Made by a program: the position numbers and the translations under genes | In this document: positions 1 through 9,426 of the stretch, in pieces | How the letters are laid out: every line of letters begins with the position of its first letter | Position numbering within the stretch: position 1 is the stretch's first letter | Virus record (IMG/VR): IMGVR_UViG_3300037993_001242 | Span: 1 to 64,000 of that record | DNA: 64,000 nt | Source of the DNA: a virus | Direction: 5' to 3' (one strand) | Notes under the pieces: generated by a model | What the model was told of the DNA's origin: nothing | Databases searched by the model: none | What the model saw: the letters and a program-made list of their open reading frames with translations, nothing else

Positions 1-102
1 TATTTCACTCGCTTTAACTACTGCGGTCATCGAAATACTTTTTGCGATCCGGCTGTCCAGCACACCCAGTTCTCGTATACGGTGGCGCTTTACTTCGAGC
101 AT
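1..102 (-). CDS. 5' end of a gene running off the window edge (MLEVKRHRIRELGVLDSR...)
   Basis: ATG at 102-100, open to position 1, GTAGTTA element 6 nt upstream (109-115). Confidence 0.5.
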   Translation of the reverse strand, partial: MLEVKRHRIRELGVLDSRIAKSISMTAVVKASEI

Positions 103-111
103 TTGTAATAA

Positions 112-1116
112 CTACACCGTGCTGATTGAAAATTGGCCGAACGTGTCTGCATTCGACAGACCGGAAAGGGCCACGTCTTGCGCCGTCCGGTTTCGCTTGG
201 CTTTAAGTTCCACCTGACACCGAGTGTCCGGCGGCACGTTCGTCCGTTCGTTGAGCGTGGGGTTGTTGTCACCAAGGCGCAGGTCGTCGCTGCCGAAGAA
301 AATGAAACTGCGCTGAAGCGTAACCGGATCGATGGTGGTCTGGCCGTAGACCAATTCCCACACCGCCGGATAAATCTCATAGTTGAGATCAACATCGAAG
401 CCTTCCACAACCACCGTGAAGCTCGTGCGGAATTCAACGTACTTGTCCGCTTCCGGTTCCTCCGGCGTCAGGCTTTCGATTTCGCCGTCGATGTACAGGC
501 GCACCAGACGCGGCCCCCAACCGGGATAATGCACCCGTATCCATGTTTGTGGCGTCCCGCCGGTGCGCCAGAATTCGCGCATCAACTGCTCGATGTAAAC
601 CGCCTGCGTGTCCGGGCGGTTGCAAAAGTGATCGATCTGGAAACGGTAATCCCACGCCATGGGCATCCGGGACGTGGTGACGTTGCCCAGATCACACCGG
701 CCAAGCTCGGTGCCATTCTGGGTGATGCCGTAAATGGTCGTGCCCGTGTCGCTGACCGTAGGCCAGTTGATTTGCCGCCAGCGATGAATCGAGAAATTTT
801 GATAGGCGCGGTATTTCCAGCCCTTCCTGTATACAGAGAGGATGGGATACCGCATGGGGGACGGGAACGGCTCGTACAGCGGTGTGCCGTTGGCGTCCTT
901 CAGGTCAAACAGGTATTTGAAGGGGTTGTTGTCCTGCTGCCACAGTTGCTGAAACTGGCTGAAGGCGTCCATCGGGGCCGCGAAGACCACCGGCACGGGA
1001 TAACCGACACGGACGAAGAAAAGATTGTTGAGCCAGCCCTGAACGGCAAGCTCATGGTAGCGCATGGATGTGCTACCTACCGCGCCTGCCTGTACGTTTA
1101 GTGTGCCGTCGGCCAT
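112..1116 (-). CDS. putative tail terminator/sheath stabilizer (T4 gp15-like)
   Basis: 334 aa; PVPVVFAAP and FRTSFTVVVEGF segments resemble gp15-type proteins; structural gene context; ATAGTTA upstream. Confidence 0.5.
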   Translation of the reverse strand: MADGTLNVQAGAVGSTSMRYHELAVQGWLNNLFFVRVGYPVPVVFAAPMDAFSQFQQLWQQDNNPFKYLFDLKDANGTPLYEPFPSPMRYPILSVYRKGWKYRAYQNFSIHRWRQINWPTVSDTGTTIYGITQNGTELGRCDLGNVTTSRMPMAWDYRFQIDHFCNRPDTQAVYIEQLMREFWRTGGTPQTWIRVHYPGWGPRLVRLYIDGEIESLTPEEPEADKYVEFRTSFTVVVEGFDVDLNYEIYPAVWELVYGQTTIDPVTLQRSFIFFGSDDLRLGDNNPTLNERTNVPPDTRCQVELKAKRNRTAQDVALSGLSNADTFGQFSISTV

Positions 1117-1140
1117 ACCTTAACTATGGCCGACGAAAAA

Positions 1141-1407
1141 TTAAGTGCGTACGTTGACAAGCAGGCTGGTCTGCATGGGCATCGTGGTGCCGTTTTCAAG
1201 CTCCACGTCGACGAAGCCGCTGCCCTGCCGCGACTCACCCTTCACTTTGCCCTTCGCGCCAGAATAACCGTAAATCGGATCATCGACGACGGCTACGGTG
1301 TCACCGCTTTTCACGTCGCCGCCAAGCAGCATGTTTACGGCTTCGCTGATGTAGTTCTTGTTTCCGTTTTCCACGGACTCGGCTACGATTTGCTTGATGT
1401 CTTTCAT
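1141..1407 (-). CDS. small SH3/KOW-like protein with N-terminal KQIVAESVE tag
   Basis: 88 aa; GDTVAVVDDP..G.KGKV beta-barrel pattern; GTAGTTA 6 nt upstream. Confidence 0.6.
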   Translation of the reverse strand: MKDIKQIVAESVENGNKNYISEAVNMLLGGDVKSGDTVAVVDDPIYGYSGAKGKVKGESRQGSGFVDVELENGTTMPMQTSLLVNVRT

Positions 1408-1769
1408 TTGTGATAACTACCGGCTTCGTCTAAAAGACCGGCGAGTATTCGTTCAATCGCGTATTTATCCGGCTCAAACCAGCTACTGCCCAAACGGTAC
1501 AGCCGCCACGTTTGCTCTGCTGAACCGGCAACCTTAACTACGAGCTTCCCGTCCTCAATTACGACTTTCATGTCCTCCACCATGTCCTTCGTCCGCTTCC
1601 GCATATCCTCAATGCGTTTGTCAAGGTCGGGGATTTCCTTTTTGCGGGCTTCTCCGGTGAGCCACACCATCAGCCGTTCGACGATTTGATCGCGTTTTTT
1701 GCGGTCATCGAACTCCTGCTCGAATATCTCCTCCATGGCCCCGGAGATGGGCTTGAATAGGTCAATCAT
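1404..1769 (-). CDS. hypothetical protein
   Basis: 121 aa ORF, 4-nt overlap with the next gene. Confidence 0.6.
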   Translation of the reverse strand: MIDLFKPISGAMEEIFEQEFDDRKKRDQIVERLMVWLTGEARKKEIPDLDKRIEDMRKRTKDMVEDMKVVIEDGKLVVKVAGSAEQTWRLYRLGSSWFEPDKYAIERILAGLLDEAGSYHK

Positions 1770-2151
1770 CGTATACAGTCAGTTTTTATGACGAACACCA
1801 CGTCTTTGACCGACAATAAAATCTTGGGCAACACCACTCCCAAATTACCGTCGCAATTTTTGAATCCCAACACAGTGGCAATCCGCTCAGCCATGTACCT
1901 CGCCCAAAAACTGATGGTAGACTCTTCATCGTCGTGATCGTTCACGAACCACAGCCGGTGCTTCCAACAGGTGCTTCGCTGCCAGTTTGAGGTCGGCACA
2001 TTGTCAAACGGATAAGCGCCCACGTATCTCGCGGCGATATAACCGCCGGATTCAATCCACACTTCGCATCCCAGCTTCTTCAACCGCCGAATAGTTGGAT
2101 ATTTTTGCTCGCGCCACAGGACATCGATGTAAGCCCGCAGGTCATCAATGT

Positions 2152-2724
2152 CTACGCTTCCGGCAATGGACGTGTCTGGATGATCTCCGCCGGAGCCGCC
2201 GCGCCCAAGTTGACCAACGGGCGGGCGTCGCCTTCCGCCGGGATGATTGTCTCGCATACCATGCCGAGCCATACGTTTGTCTGCTGCCAAAAGGCGTTGG
2301 GTTCCAAAACCGTGTTGATGATCATGTGCCGGTACCCGTCGTAATACACCATGTCGCCGCGCACCGGAAAATAGTCTACCTGCTGAAGCAGCAGGTTAGC
2401 CACCCAAAACTTGTGCTTCTGCTGAGGCACAATACCCACCCGCGTTAATCTCCAGTCAGGACGCTCTTTAGTAACGATGGCAGGAATGTCCAAAACCCGC
2501 GAAAATACGGTTCTGTCGTCCAACGGAACATGCCAAAGCGCGTCATACTTTGTGGCCCGGCGATCCACTTCCATGAATTTAGGCCGGGGATTGGGGCTGA
2601 ACTTTTTGACCGCCTCCGCATGGATGCCGAGCGCAGTCTGGGTATCCGACAACCGGAAGATGTCGGGATCGTACAGGAACTGCTTACGCTCGATATATTT
2701 CACACTGTAACTATGTTGATGCAA
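2152..2724 (-). CDS. putative neck/head-closure protein (T4 gp14-like)
   Basis: VDRRATKYDALW and PVRGDMVYYDGYRHMI pattern typical of head-tail joining proteins. Confidence 0.5.
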   Translation of the reverse strand: MHQHSYSVKYIERKQFLYDPDIFRLSDTQTALGIHAEAVKKFSPNPRPKFMEVDRRATKYDALWHVPLDDRTVFSRVLDIPAIVTKERPDWRLTRVGIVPQQKHKFWVANLLLQQVDYFPVRGDMVYYDGYRHMIINTVLEPNAFWQQTNVWLGMVCETIIPAEGDARPLVNLGAAAPAEIIQTRPLPEA

Positions 2725-2725
2725 A

Positions 2726-3040
2726 ATGAAAAAGCCAAATAATCTGATGCAATTGATCGAGGAACTTCAGGGGGAAGCGATTGATTCCACCGTCGAAGCG
2801 ACCAAGAATTCGGAGGTCGTCATTTACCCGAACGAGCAGGCCGCTGACGACGCGGATGGCATTGTCCTGAATCAAGCCGAAGCGGAATTGGTGCTGGCCA
2901 ACGAGTCGATTGTGGAACGCCTGTACGAAGCACTGGGCAGCCCGCCCACCGCCTCGGTCGTGCTGTGCAGCATTACATTGCCCAACGACGCACTGGATGC
3001 TTTGGAAAGACTTTTTGCGGCGGTGGATGAAGAAGACTAA
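2726..3040 (+). CDS. hypothetical acidic protein
   Basis: 104 aa ORF directly upstream of the hub gene. Confidence 0.55.
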   Translation: MKKPNNLMQLIEELQGEAIDSTVEATKNSEVVIYPNEQAADDADGIVLNQAEAELVLANESIVERLYEALGSPPTASVVLCSITLPNDALDALERLFAAVDEED

Positions 3041-3051
3041 CCCGTATACAC

Positions 3052-4365
3052 ATGGCTGCGTCCATTCAACAGGTCGACGGTCAAGCAGTCGTCAATTTTG
3101 AACTGACCCTGCCGCAGCAGCCGACCTTGCCCTTGACTCCGGCGTTGGTCACCTATGTCGAAAGCCACTTGATGGAGGACGTGTACGGCAAGAAGGAATA
3201 CCGGCACACTTTTTCCACCCTGCTGCCCGATTTTGTCAACGATGTCCTGCGCACGGCGATGACGAGCGGCACTCCGGCTTTTCGCTTTCGTCTCGGACTG
3301 GGCCAACCCCAGCAGACCATCTGGCTGCCGTGGCAAAATCACTACATCGTCCATTACGGCGCAGTTTTGCAGGGCATCAGCAAGGCGGCGGGCCACCGGC
3401 TGGAAATCACCACTTCGGACGCCTTGTACATCATTTCCCGCGATAAGAAAACGGTCGCCCGCAAAGGCTCGATCAGTTCCATGATCCAGACCATCGCGAA
3501 CGAAAATAATCTGGATGTCGTGGTCGAACCCACCAGCGGCGAGTATCTTTACATCCAGAGTTTTGAAGACGACGTATCCTTCATCACCCAGCGGCTGCTG
3601 CGCCGGGCGGTCAACGCCAAAGGCCGGGGCAACTATGTGTTTTTCATTCTGGACAACGTCCTCCATTTCCACAGCCCGGACTATCAGACGAGCGTCAAAG
3701 AGCTTCAGTATTTCCAGCAACCTGCCGGACAGTTGATTCAGTTGGATCGCAGCCAGCAGTTGTGGAAAGAAGGCGTATCGGGCACCCATCTCGTTGTATA
3801 CGACCCCTTGACCGGCGAAACCAAGGACATCCTCAATGATCCCAACAAAAGCCTGCGCTTTGCCAAAGGACTGTACCAACTGAGCAGCGTCACCGGCGGA
3901 CGGCGGCGCATCATGTACCACTTGAGCGCCAACCGGCCCGAAGAAGCGATTGCGCTGGCCCAAAACACCTACGAAAACGCCCGGATGAATACGTTCGAGG
4001 TCAACGTCGACTTCGACAAGAATATCAGCATCCGCACGGGCGACATCGTCAACTTGGTGGTCAATCAGCAGTCCGAAAAAACCTCGTCATGGTCAGGTTT
4101 GTATTTTGTGACCGGTACGGTGTATACAGTGCTGAATAACGCCGTGACCATGAAGCTGATCCTGCGCCGGGGTGAAATCCAGCCCGATCTCAACAATGTG
4201 TCCGTTCAGGCGGCTGACCGGCAACTGGTACCCCAGACCGAAGCGCCGGGGCAGGACATCAACGTGGGAGAGGCCAAGAGTTCGTCTTTGACCAAGGGCG
4301 CGGGCAGTCAGTCGTCGAGTTCGCTTTTTTCGACCGTGGCCAACCCGAACACGCCGCTCGATTAG
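3052..4365 (+). CDS. baseplate hub protein (gp27/gpD-like)
   Basis: 437 aa; SISSMIQTIA, QSFEDDVSFITQRLL, YVFFILDNVLHFHS and IRTGDIVNL motifs typical of contractile-tail hubs. Confidence 0.7.
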   Translation: MAASIQQVDGQAVVNFELTLPQQPTLPLTPALVTYVESHLMEDVYGKKEYRHTFSTLLPDFVNDVLRTAMTSGTPAFRFRLGLGQPQQTIWLPWQNHYIVHYGAVLQGISKAAGHRLEITTSDALYIISRDKKTVARKGSISSMIQTIANENNLDVVVEPTSGEYLYIQSFEDDVSFITQRLLRRAVNAKGRGNYVFFILDNVLHFHSPDYQTSVKELQYFQQPAGQLIQLDRSQQLWKEGVSGTHLVVYDPLTGETKDILNDPNKSLRFAKGLYQLSSVTGGRRRIMYHLSANRPEEAIALAQNTYENARMNTFEVNVDFDKNISIRTGDIVNLVVNQQSEKTSSWSGLYFVTGTVYTVLNNAVTMKLILRRGEIQPDLNNVSVQAADRQLVPQTEAPGQDINVGEAKSSSLTKGAGSQSSSSLFSTVANPNTPLD

Positions 4366-4817
4366 AGCGGGCCGGGAACTTCTTTGGCTTGGAAAAGCTG
4401 CGGCGGGTAAAACGGATCGAACTTGTCGAAACCCATCTCCGTCCAGCGGCGCTGCGCGTCAATCTGCATCCGAATGTTGCTGTCACCGTTGGTGCCGCTG
4501 CAATACAGTTCCAGATAGGGCAGATAGCCTTGATTGACGTATTGGACAGACTGGCCGCCGGGCACCAGTGTCACCGCGTTCATGACGGTATAACGCGTGC
4601 CGGAGATGCTGCGGTCGCTGGTTTCCTGCAAAAGAACAGCGGTGGTATTTACCCCCGTGTTCTCCAAAGTCACCAGCATGTTCGTCGCCGGAACACCCGA
4701 AATGGCCGCCGGAAAATAATCTTGGGCCTGCAAGCGGGCGGTCACGTAGCCCGAAATGACGGGCACCTGAACGAGCATCTTGCGGACTAATGGCTGTACA
4801 TATTCGCCGGGATACAT
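4362..4817 (-). CDS. hypothetical, probably virion beta-rich protein
   Basis: 151 aa ORF in structural context. Confidence 0.55.
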   Translation of the reverse strand: MYPGEYVQPLVRKMLVQVPVISGYVTARLQAQDYFPAAISGVPATNMLVTLENTGVNTTAVLLQETSDRSISGTRYTVMNAVTLVPGGQSVQYVNQGYLPYLELYCSGTNGDSNIRMQIDAQRRWTEMGFDKFDPFYPPQLFQAKEVPGPL

Positions 4818-4844
4818 AGTGGCCTTTAGGACATTGTCATTGGG

Positions 4845-6128
4845 TTACTTTTCAACAGGCCGCCGGTCGGGAAGCTCTTCTTCCTCGTCCTCGTCCTCCT
4901 CTTTTTCGTCGGCAGGAGGTTCGGGGGGCATGGCTCCTTCGCCACCGGGGACTTCTTCACCTTCGGGAGCTTCGGGAGTTTCTTCCGGGGCCAAAGCGGT
5001 TGCCAGTTGGGCGAGAAAATCACGCATCTGGCGCAGCAACCCCAGCGCGGTGTCTTCCTCCGTGTCGGCTCCGACGGCGGAGTCACTGACGGGCGGTTCA
5101 CTGGGTTCCATTGCGCTGTCCACCGGATCATCCAGCGCGGCTGCGGCTGGCGCGGCGGTCAACTCGTCGGCTTCCATTTCTTCGACCAGTTTGATTGCTT
5201 CGTTTAACGTAGTGCTCATAGAATCGCCATTTGCATTAACTACACACTCCATCAGATAATTTTTAAAATCTTGATTATTGGCATCATCCGGCAACGCGTA
5301 CGCGCCGTGCGGCCACGGTTTTGTTCGCGGTGCCGGTTTTATTTTTGCCGCTGGTTTTGGCGGCACGGTTGGTTTCGCCGGTTTAGCCGGTTTGCCGGAA
5401 ATCGGTTTGGGTAACGGCGGCGGCTGAAGCGCTGTAAACGCAGCAGTGGATTTTTCCGGTTCCGGCACTTGAGTTCGACCGGCAACACTGGTGGGCCGAT
5501 CCGCCGGAACCGCCTGTATGGGCAACACCGGGCCGACAACGTTGCGCAGGGCCTGCCGTCGACGAGTTTCGGCGTCGCGTTCCTTGGCGGCCCGCATCTG
5601 ACCCGGAAAATCCGTCCAGCGCTTCTGTGCGAATTTGGTCAGCTTGTTCAGCTTGTCCGCCGTGTCCGGTTTGTCACTGGGGAAGGCCGCCAGCAATCCG
5701 TAAATGTACTGGCGCGCCGCCAGAATGTGTTTGCACAAACCGGGCTTGCCTTTGGGATTGGTTTTACGCGGCGCACGGTTCCACGCCTGATTGAGCGACT
5801 GCGGCCCGACTTGGCTGGAACCGCGCTGCTTGTTCGCCCACGCCCAGCGGTACCGATAATCCGGGCAACTGCAATCGACAACGCAATCCACGTGCTGGAG
5901 CGGCGTATCACGGCCCGTCTTCGGTTTGATGAACTTGACGTAGCCGCGCCAGCGCAGTCCCGTCGTGCTGGGATGACTCTTGAAGTTGAACGCGTAATAA
6001 ACCGCGTCCTGATAGCTGTCGATCTCCAGCGGCGGCCCGCGTACCGTCAAGGAGCGTGTCACTCGTTTAGGATCGGAAATCCTGAAGAGTTTGTCGTAGC
6101 TCAACCGCTCTGCGATAAAAAGTCTCAT
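4845..6128 (-). CDS. SWIM-type zinc-finger protein with Pro/Lys linker and acidic C-terminal domain
   Basis: DCSCPDY...GLCKHILAA (CxC...CxH); possible internal start at 5219. Confidence 0.7.
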   Translation of the reverse strand: MRLFIAERLSYDKLFRISDPKRVTRSLTVRGPPLEIDSYQDAVYYAFNFKSHPSTTGLRWRGYVKFIKPKTGRDTPLQHVDCVVDCSCPDYRYRWAWANKQRGSSQVGPQSLNQAWNRAPRKTNPKGKPGLCKHILAARQYIYGLLAAFPSDKPDTADKLNKLTKFAQKRWTDFPGQMRAAKERDAETRRRQALRNVVGPVLPIQAVPADRPTSVAGRTQVPEPEKSTAAFTALQPPPLPKPISGKPAKPAKPTVPPKPAAKIKPAPRTKPWPHGAYALPDDANNQDFKNYLMECVVNANGDSMSTTLNEAIKLVEEMEADELTAAPAAAALDDPVDSAMEPSEPPVSDSAVGADTEEDTALGLLRQMRDFLAQLATALAPEETPEAPEGEEVPGGEGAMPPEPPADEKEEDEDEEEELPDRRPVEK

Positions 6129-6955
6129 TGCTTTTCCGGCACCATAGCCAGCTTCATACTGCCATCCCCTCGAAGAACGCCCAACGGCACGGGAACGTCA
6201 GGATCAAGTTCGCCCAGCACGTGTTTCAAATCGTCCGCCGTTTTGAGACGGTAATGGCTGGCCTGTCCCTGCGGCGACAGGGATGACGTATAAGGGCCGA
6301 CCGTATACAGCACGTCTCCCGCGACCAACCCGGCTCTCGACGCCGGGCTGTTGGGAGTGACTTTCACGATCCGAATGCCGTCCGTGCTGCCCGTGTCGTA
6401 ATCGAAGCCCAGTTTCACCCGTGGCTGATAGCCTCCTCCACCCGGATTGGGCGCGGGCTGAGTTCCCCCGGTGGGGGGCGCGGCCCCGGCGGCGCGAGTC
6501 ACTAACTCGCGTTGTAGCTGGTGCTGTTTGTCCAGTTCCCGCTGCTGGCGCTCCTTGACCGTGCCGAAAACTTCGTTGGCGGGTTTCTGCTGGGCCGTTG
6601 TCCCGAAGTCCCGCGACCATGCCACGCTACTGCTGTCAGTGTTCACGCCGAACAAGGTCTGGATGCGCTCCTTGCCCTCCCGATCCAGCGCTAAAGGCGT
6701 CGAGCGGCTGTATACATGAATGTCGTTGGGATTCTTTTGAATCACGAAAGCCGCATTCTGCTGCTGGATCAAATCGTTGACGGCTTGCAGCGTGGGAGCA
6801 TCCTTGCTCACCAGATTCAACTGTTTGAAGTTGGTCACCACGTCATCCAGCCGGTTCCCGTAAAAACCGGTGGCCGGAGCACCGTAGCCAAACGCCAAGA
6901 CCGCCCCGTTGGGAGTGGCCTCAAGCATGAGGGATACCAGTGTTTCTGCGCGCAT
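6125..6955 (-). CDS. PDZ-domain protein with N-terminal tag (MRAETLVSLMLEA)
   Basis: C-terminal KLGF...GIRIVKVTPNSPASRAGLVAGDVLYTVG is a PDZ signature; GTAGTTA 5 nt upstream. Confidence 0.75.
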   Translation of the reverse strand: MRAETLVSLMLEATPNGAVLAFGYGAPATGFYGNRLDDVVTNFKQLNLVSKDAPTLQAVNDLIQQQNAAFVIQKNPNDIHVYSRSTPLALDREGKERIQTLFGVNTDSSSVAWSRDFGTTAQQKPANEVFGTVKERQQRELDKQHQLQRELVTRAAGAAPPTGGTQPAPNPGGGGYQPRVKLGFDYDTGSTDGIRIVKVTPNSPASRAGLVAGDVLYTVGPYTSSLSPQGQASHYRLKTADDLKHVLGELDPDVPVPLGVLRGDGSMKLAMVPEKQ

Positions 6956-6979
6956 CAGCTTAACTACGTTCTATTGGGT

Positions 6980-8938
6980 GTGGCCGACCTGAAACTCAAA
7001 AAAGCGTCGTTCCGAAACTGGATGAAGTTCGGTAACGTTCAACTCGATTTCCCTGACCGTGGCCTTGTAATGGTCACCGGCTTAAACAGCGCTTCCGGCG
7101 GCTCGCTTCAGTCCGTGGGATCAGGCAAAACCGGCGTCGGTGAAGCCATCAGCCGGGCGCTGCTGGGTGTGCCGGGTCGCTTTCAGTACGTCAAACAGTT
7201 CAGCACCGACAAACAAGGTGACACCTACGTCCGCATTGACGCCCTGCTCCACGACAAACCGCTGGTTGTGGAACTGGGATACAAATGCGAGGAAATGAGC
7301 AAGACCGGCGAAGCCCTCCGCTTTCATTACGATGGCAAAACCATCGAACGTGGGCTGATCGCCGAAACTCGTACCGAATTGACCCGCTTGATTGGCGTAC
7401 CGCCTTTGCTGGCCACGTGGACGGTGTTCGTGGACGGCGAAAACCTGAAATTCAACAAACTGTCGCAAGCCGACTGTGTGGAACTGGTGATGACAGCGCT
7501 GCGGCAACCGCCGTGGAACGAATATCACGAGCAGTCCAAACGGGCGGTCGGGAAATTCAAACAGGTGCTGGCCAAGGACGAAAAAGCCCACGAGGAGGCC
7601 AGTCGACGCGCCCGCGAGACGGAGCAGGACTGTCTGGACGCCAAGGAAGACGTGACTCGCGAACAAAAGGACTATGCCCGGCGCAAAGCTGAAAACGAGC
7701 GCTTGCTGACCGAAGCCCAGACCGGTATTGACCAAAAACACAGCACCATCAAGCAATACCAGCAGGAGCAGGAAAAAATAAACCGGAAGCTCAAAGAGAT
7801 CGAGCAGCGCCAGTCCACGGACTATCACAATCTTGAAATTCAACGCAATGAAATCGCCGAGCGTATACATGACTGTGAGCGCCATCGTACCGCCCGCTTG
7901 GACAAACGGGAACAAGCGCTGGAAACCCAGTTAAACGCCAAACGCCAGTACCAAAATTACGAGGACAGCGGCAAAGCCAAAAACTGCCCGACCTGCGGCA
8001 AGCCGATGACCAACAAGATTGATCCTGCCCGCTTGGAAACCCTCAAGCAAAAATTCCAGCAAGCGGATGAACAGTTGCGCGCCGCCCGGACGGAGTACGA
8101 CGATAACGAAGAAGCCATCAAAGCCCAGACCAAGCTGTACGCCGAGATAACGGAAAAGCTGGAGGCCCTGTCTACCGAAAAAGAAGTGCGCACCCTGAGC
8201 AAAGCTTACGAAGATTTTGAAGACGGCATCCGCGACATCCTCAATTCAATCCATCAGGCTGAACTTCGCCGGGAACAGTTAAAACGCGGTGCATCGGACG
8301 AAAAACTCAGAAGCGTGGAAGCCACCTTGCGGGAGCGGGAGCGCGTACTGGGTCTTGCCCGAAAAACCGTCGAAACTTCGACCACAACCTTGTTGGAGTC
8401 ACAGGTCACGATGCGCGTGCTCGATTACTGGAATACGGCTTTCAGTCCCTACGGCATCCCCAACATGGTGCTCAAGGATGCCATCCAGCCGTTGAACCGC
8501 GAAGCGCGCCGGGTGTCGAGCATGATGACCGGCAACACCATCGAGGTCGTCTATGGCACCCGCCGGGAACTGGCCAGCGGCCAAGAAAAGGCGGAACTGG
8601 TCATCGAAGTCAACAACACCCTCGGCAGCAAGGAACTGGCCGGAAGCTCCAAGGGCGAATCGGGCCTGACCAACTTGATCATCGCCGAAACACTGGCGGA
8701 AGTGGGACAGGTATCGCGCCGGATCGGTTTTAAATGGCTGGATGAAGTCTTGCCCCATCAAGATCAAACTGTTTGTAAAAGCATCTATTCCCATCTTCGT
8801 GAACTTGCCAACCAACTTGGAATTTTGATATTTTTAGTGGATCATAACCCAACAGCAGCTAACTATGCCGATCACATGCTCGTTGTCGAAAAAAGTCGAG
8901 AAGACAATCGCGTATTTTCCAGTGTAAAATGGCGATAA
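6980..8938 (+). CDS. SMC-family recombination ATPase (T4 gp46/SbcC/Rad50-like)
   Basis: Walker A GSGKTG, coiled coil, Zn hook CPTCG, signature SSKGE, Walker B WLDE; GTG start at 6980 chosen over the 6716 ORF start. Confidence 0.92.
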   Translation: MADLKLKKASFRNWMKFGNVQLDFPDRGLVMVTGLNSASGGSLQSVGSGKTGVGEAISRALLGVPGRFQYVKQFSTDKQGDTYVRIDALLHDKPLVVELGYKCEEMSKTGEALRFHYDGKTIERGLIAETRTELTRLIGVPPLLATWTVFVDGENLKFNKLSQADCVELVMTALRQPPWNEYHEQSKRAVGKFKQVLAKDEKAHEEASRRARETEQDCLDAKEDVTREQKDYARRKAENERLLTEAQTGIDQKHSTIKQYQQEQEKINRKLKEIEQRQSTDYHNLEIQRNEIAERIHDCERHRTARLDKREQALETQLNAKRQYQNYEDSGKAKNCPTCGKPMTNKIDPARLETLKQKFQQADEQLRAARTEYDDNEEAIKAQTKLYAEITEKLEALSTEKEVRTLSKAYEDFEDGIRDILNSIHQAELRREQLKRGASDEKLRSVEATLRERERVLGLARKTVETSTTTLLESQVTMRVLDYWNTAFSPYGIPNMVLKDAIQPLNREARRVSSMMTGNTIEVVYGTRRELASGQEKAELVIEVNNTLGSKELAGSSKGESGLTNLIIAETLAEVGQVSRRIGFKWLDEVLPHQDQTVCKSIYSHLRELANQLGILIFLVDHNPTAANYADHMLVVEKSREDNRVFSSVKWR

Positions 8939-9426
8939 TCGAACTATCCAGAGGGAAAGTTGCAATCGTTGACGACGAGGATTACGAACGAATCATTGCA
9001 GGCCCAAAATGGTCATGCGATTCAAAAGGCTACGCCGTCAGACATGTATACGATGCGGACGGCCATCGTCACATGGAAAAAATGCACCGTGTCGTCATGC
9101 GCGCCGCACCGAGTGAGCATGTCGATCACCGTTTTCATAATACACTGGATAATCGGAAATCAGTACTCAGGAAGTCCAACTGTAAGCTAAACGGAGCCAA
9201 TAGATTAAAACAGAAAACGCAGGCAGGAACGACTCCGAAGTCCAAATTCAAGGGTGTTTGGTATGATCCAAAAAGAAACCGCTGGCGCGCCACCATCAAA
9301 GTAAACGGTAAAACACTTTTTATAGGACGACACCCAACAGAGGAAGAAGCAGCGCGGGCCTACGATAAAAAAGCACTGGAATACTGGGGTGAATACGCCA
9401 GCTTAAATTTTTCATTTAATCGCTGA
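8929..9426 (+). CDS. HNH-AP2 homing endonuclease
   Basis: MHRVVM...VDHRFHNTLDNRKSVLR plus AP2 domain SKFKGVWYDPKRNRWRATI...EAARAYD. Confidence 0.9.
   Translation: MAIIELSRGKVAIVDDEDYERIIAGPKWSCDSKGYAVRHVYDADGHRHMEKMHRVVMRAAPSEHVDHRFHNTLDNRKSVLRKSNCKLNGANRLKQKTQAGTTPKSKFKGVWYDPKRNRWRATIKVNGKTLFIGRHPTEEEAARAYDKKALEYWGEYASLNFSFNR

Noticed and set aside
133-1101. Long plus-strand ORF (322 aa)
   Set aside because: Antisense shadow of 112..1116 with no motifs; the same applies to 3037..3963, 24667..25677, 34876..36138, 39549..41105 and similar overlaps caused by stop-poor GC3-rich coding DNA.
1766-2290. 174-aa ORF
   Set aside because: The 5' part overlaps the gp14-like gene; the 3' ~120 codons may be a real gene but no start could be fixed.
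6716-6979. N-terminal extension of the SMC-like ORF
   Set aside because: It overlaps the opposite-strand PDZ gene; the family-typical start begins at GTG 6980.
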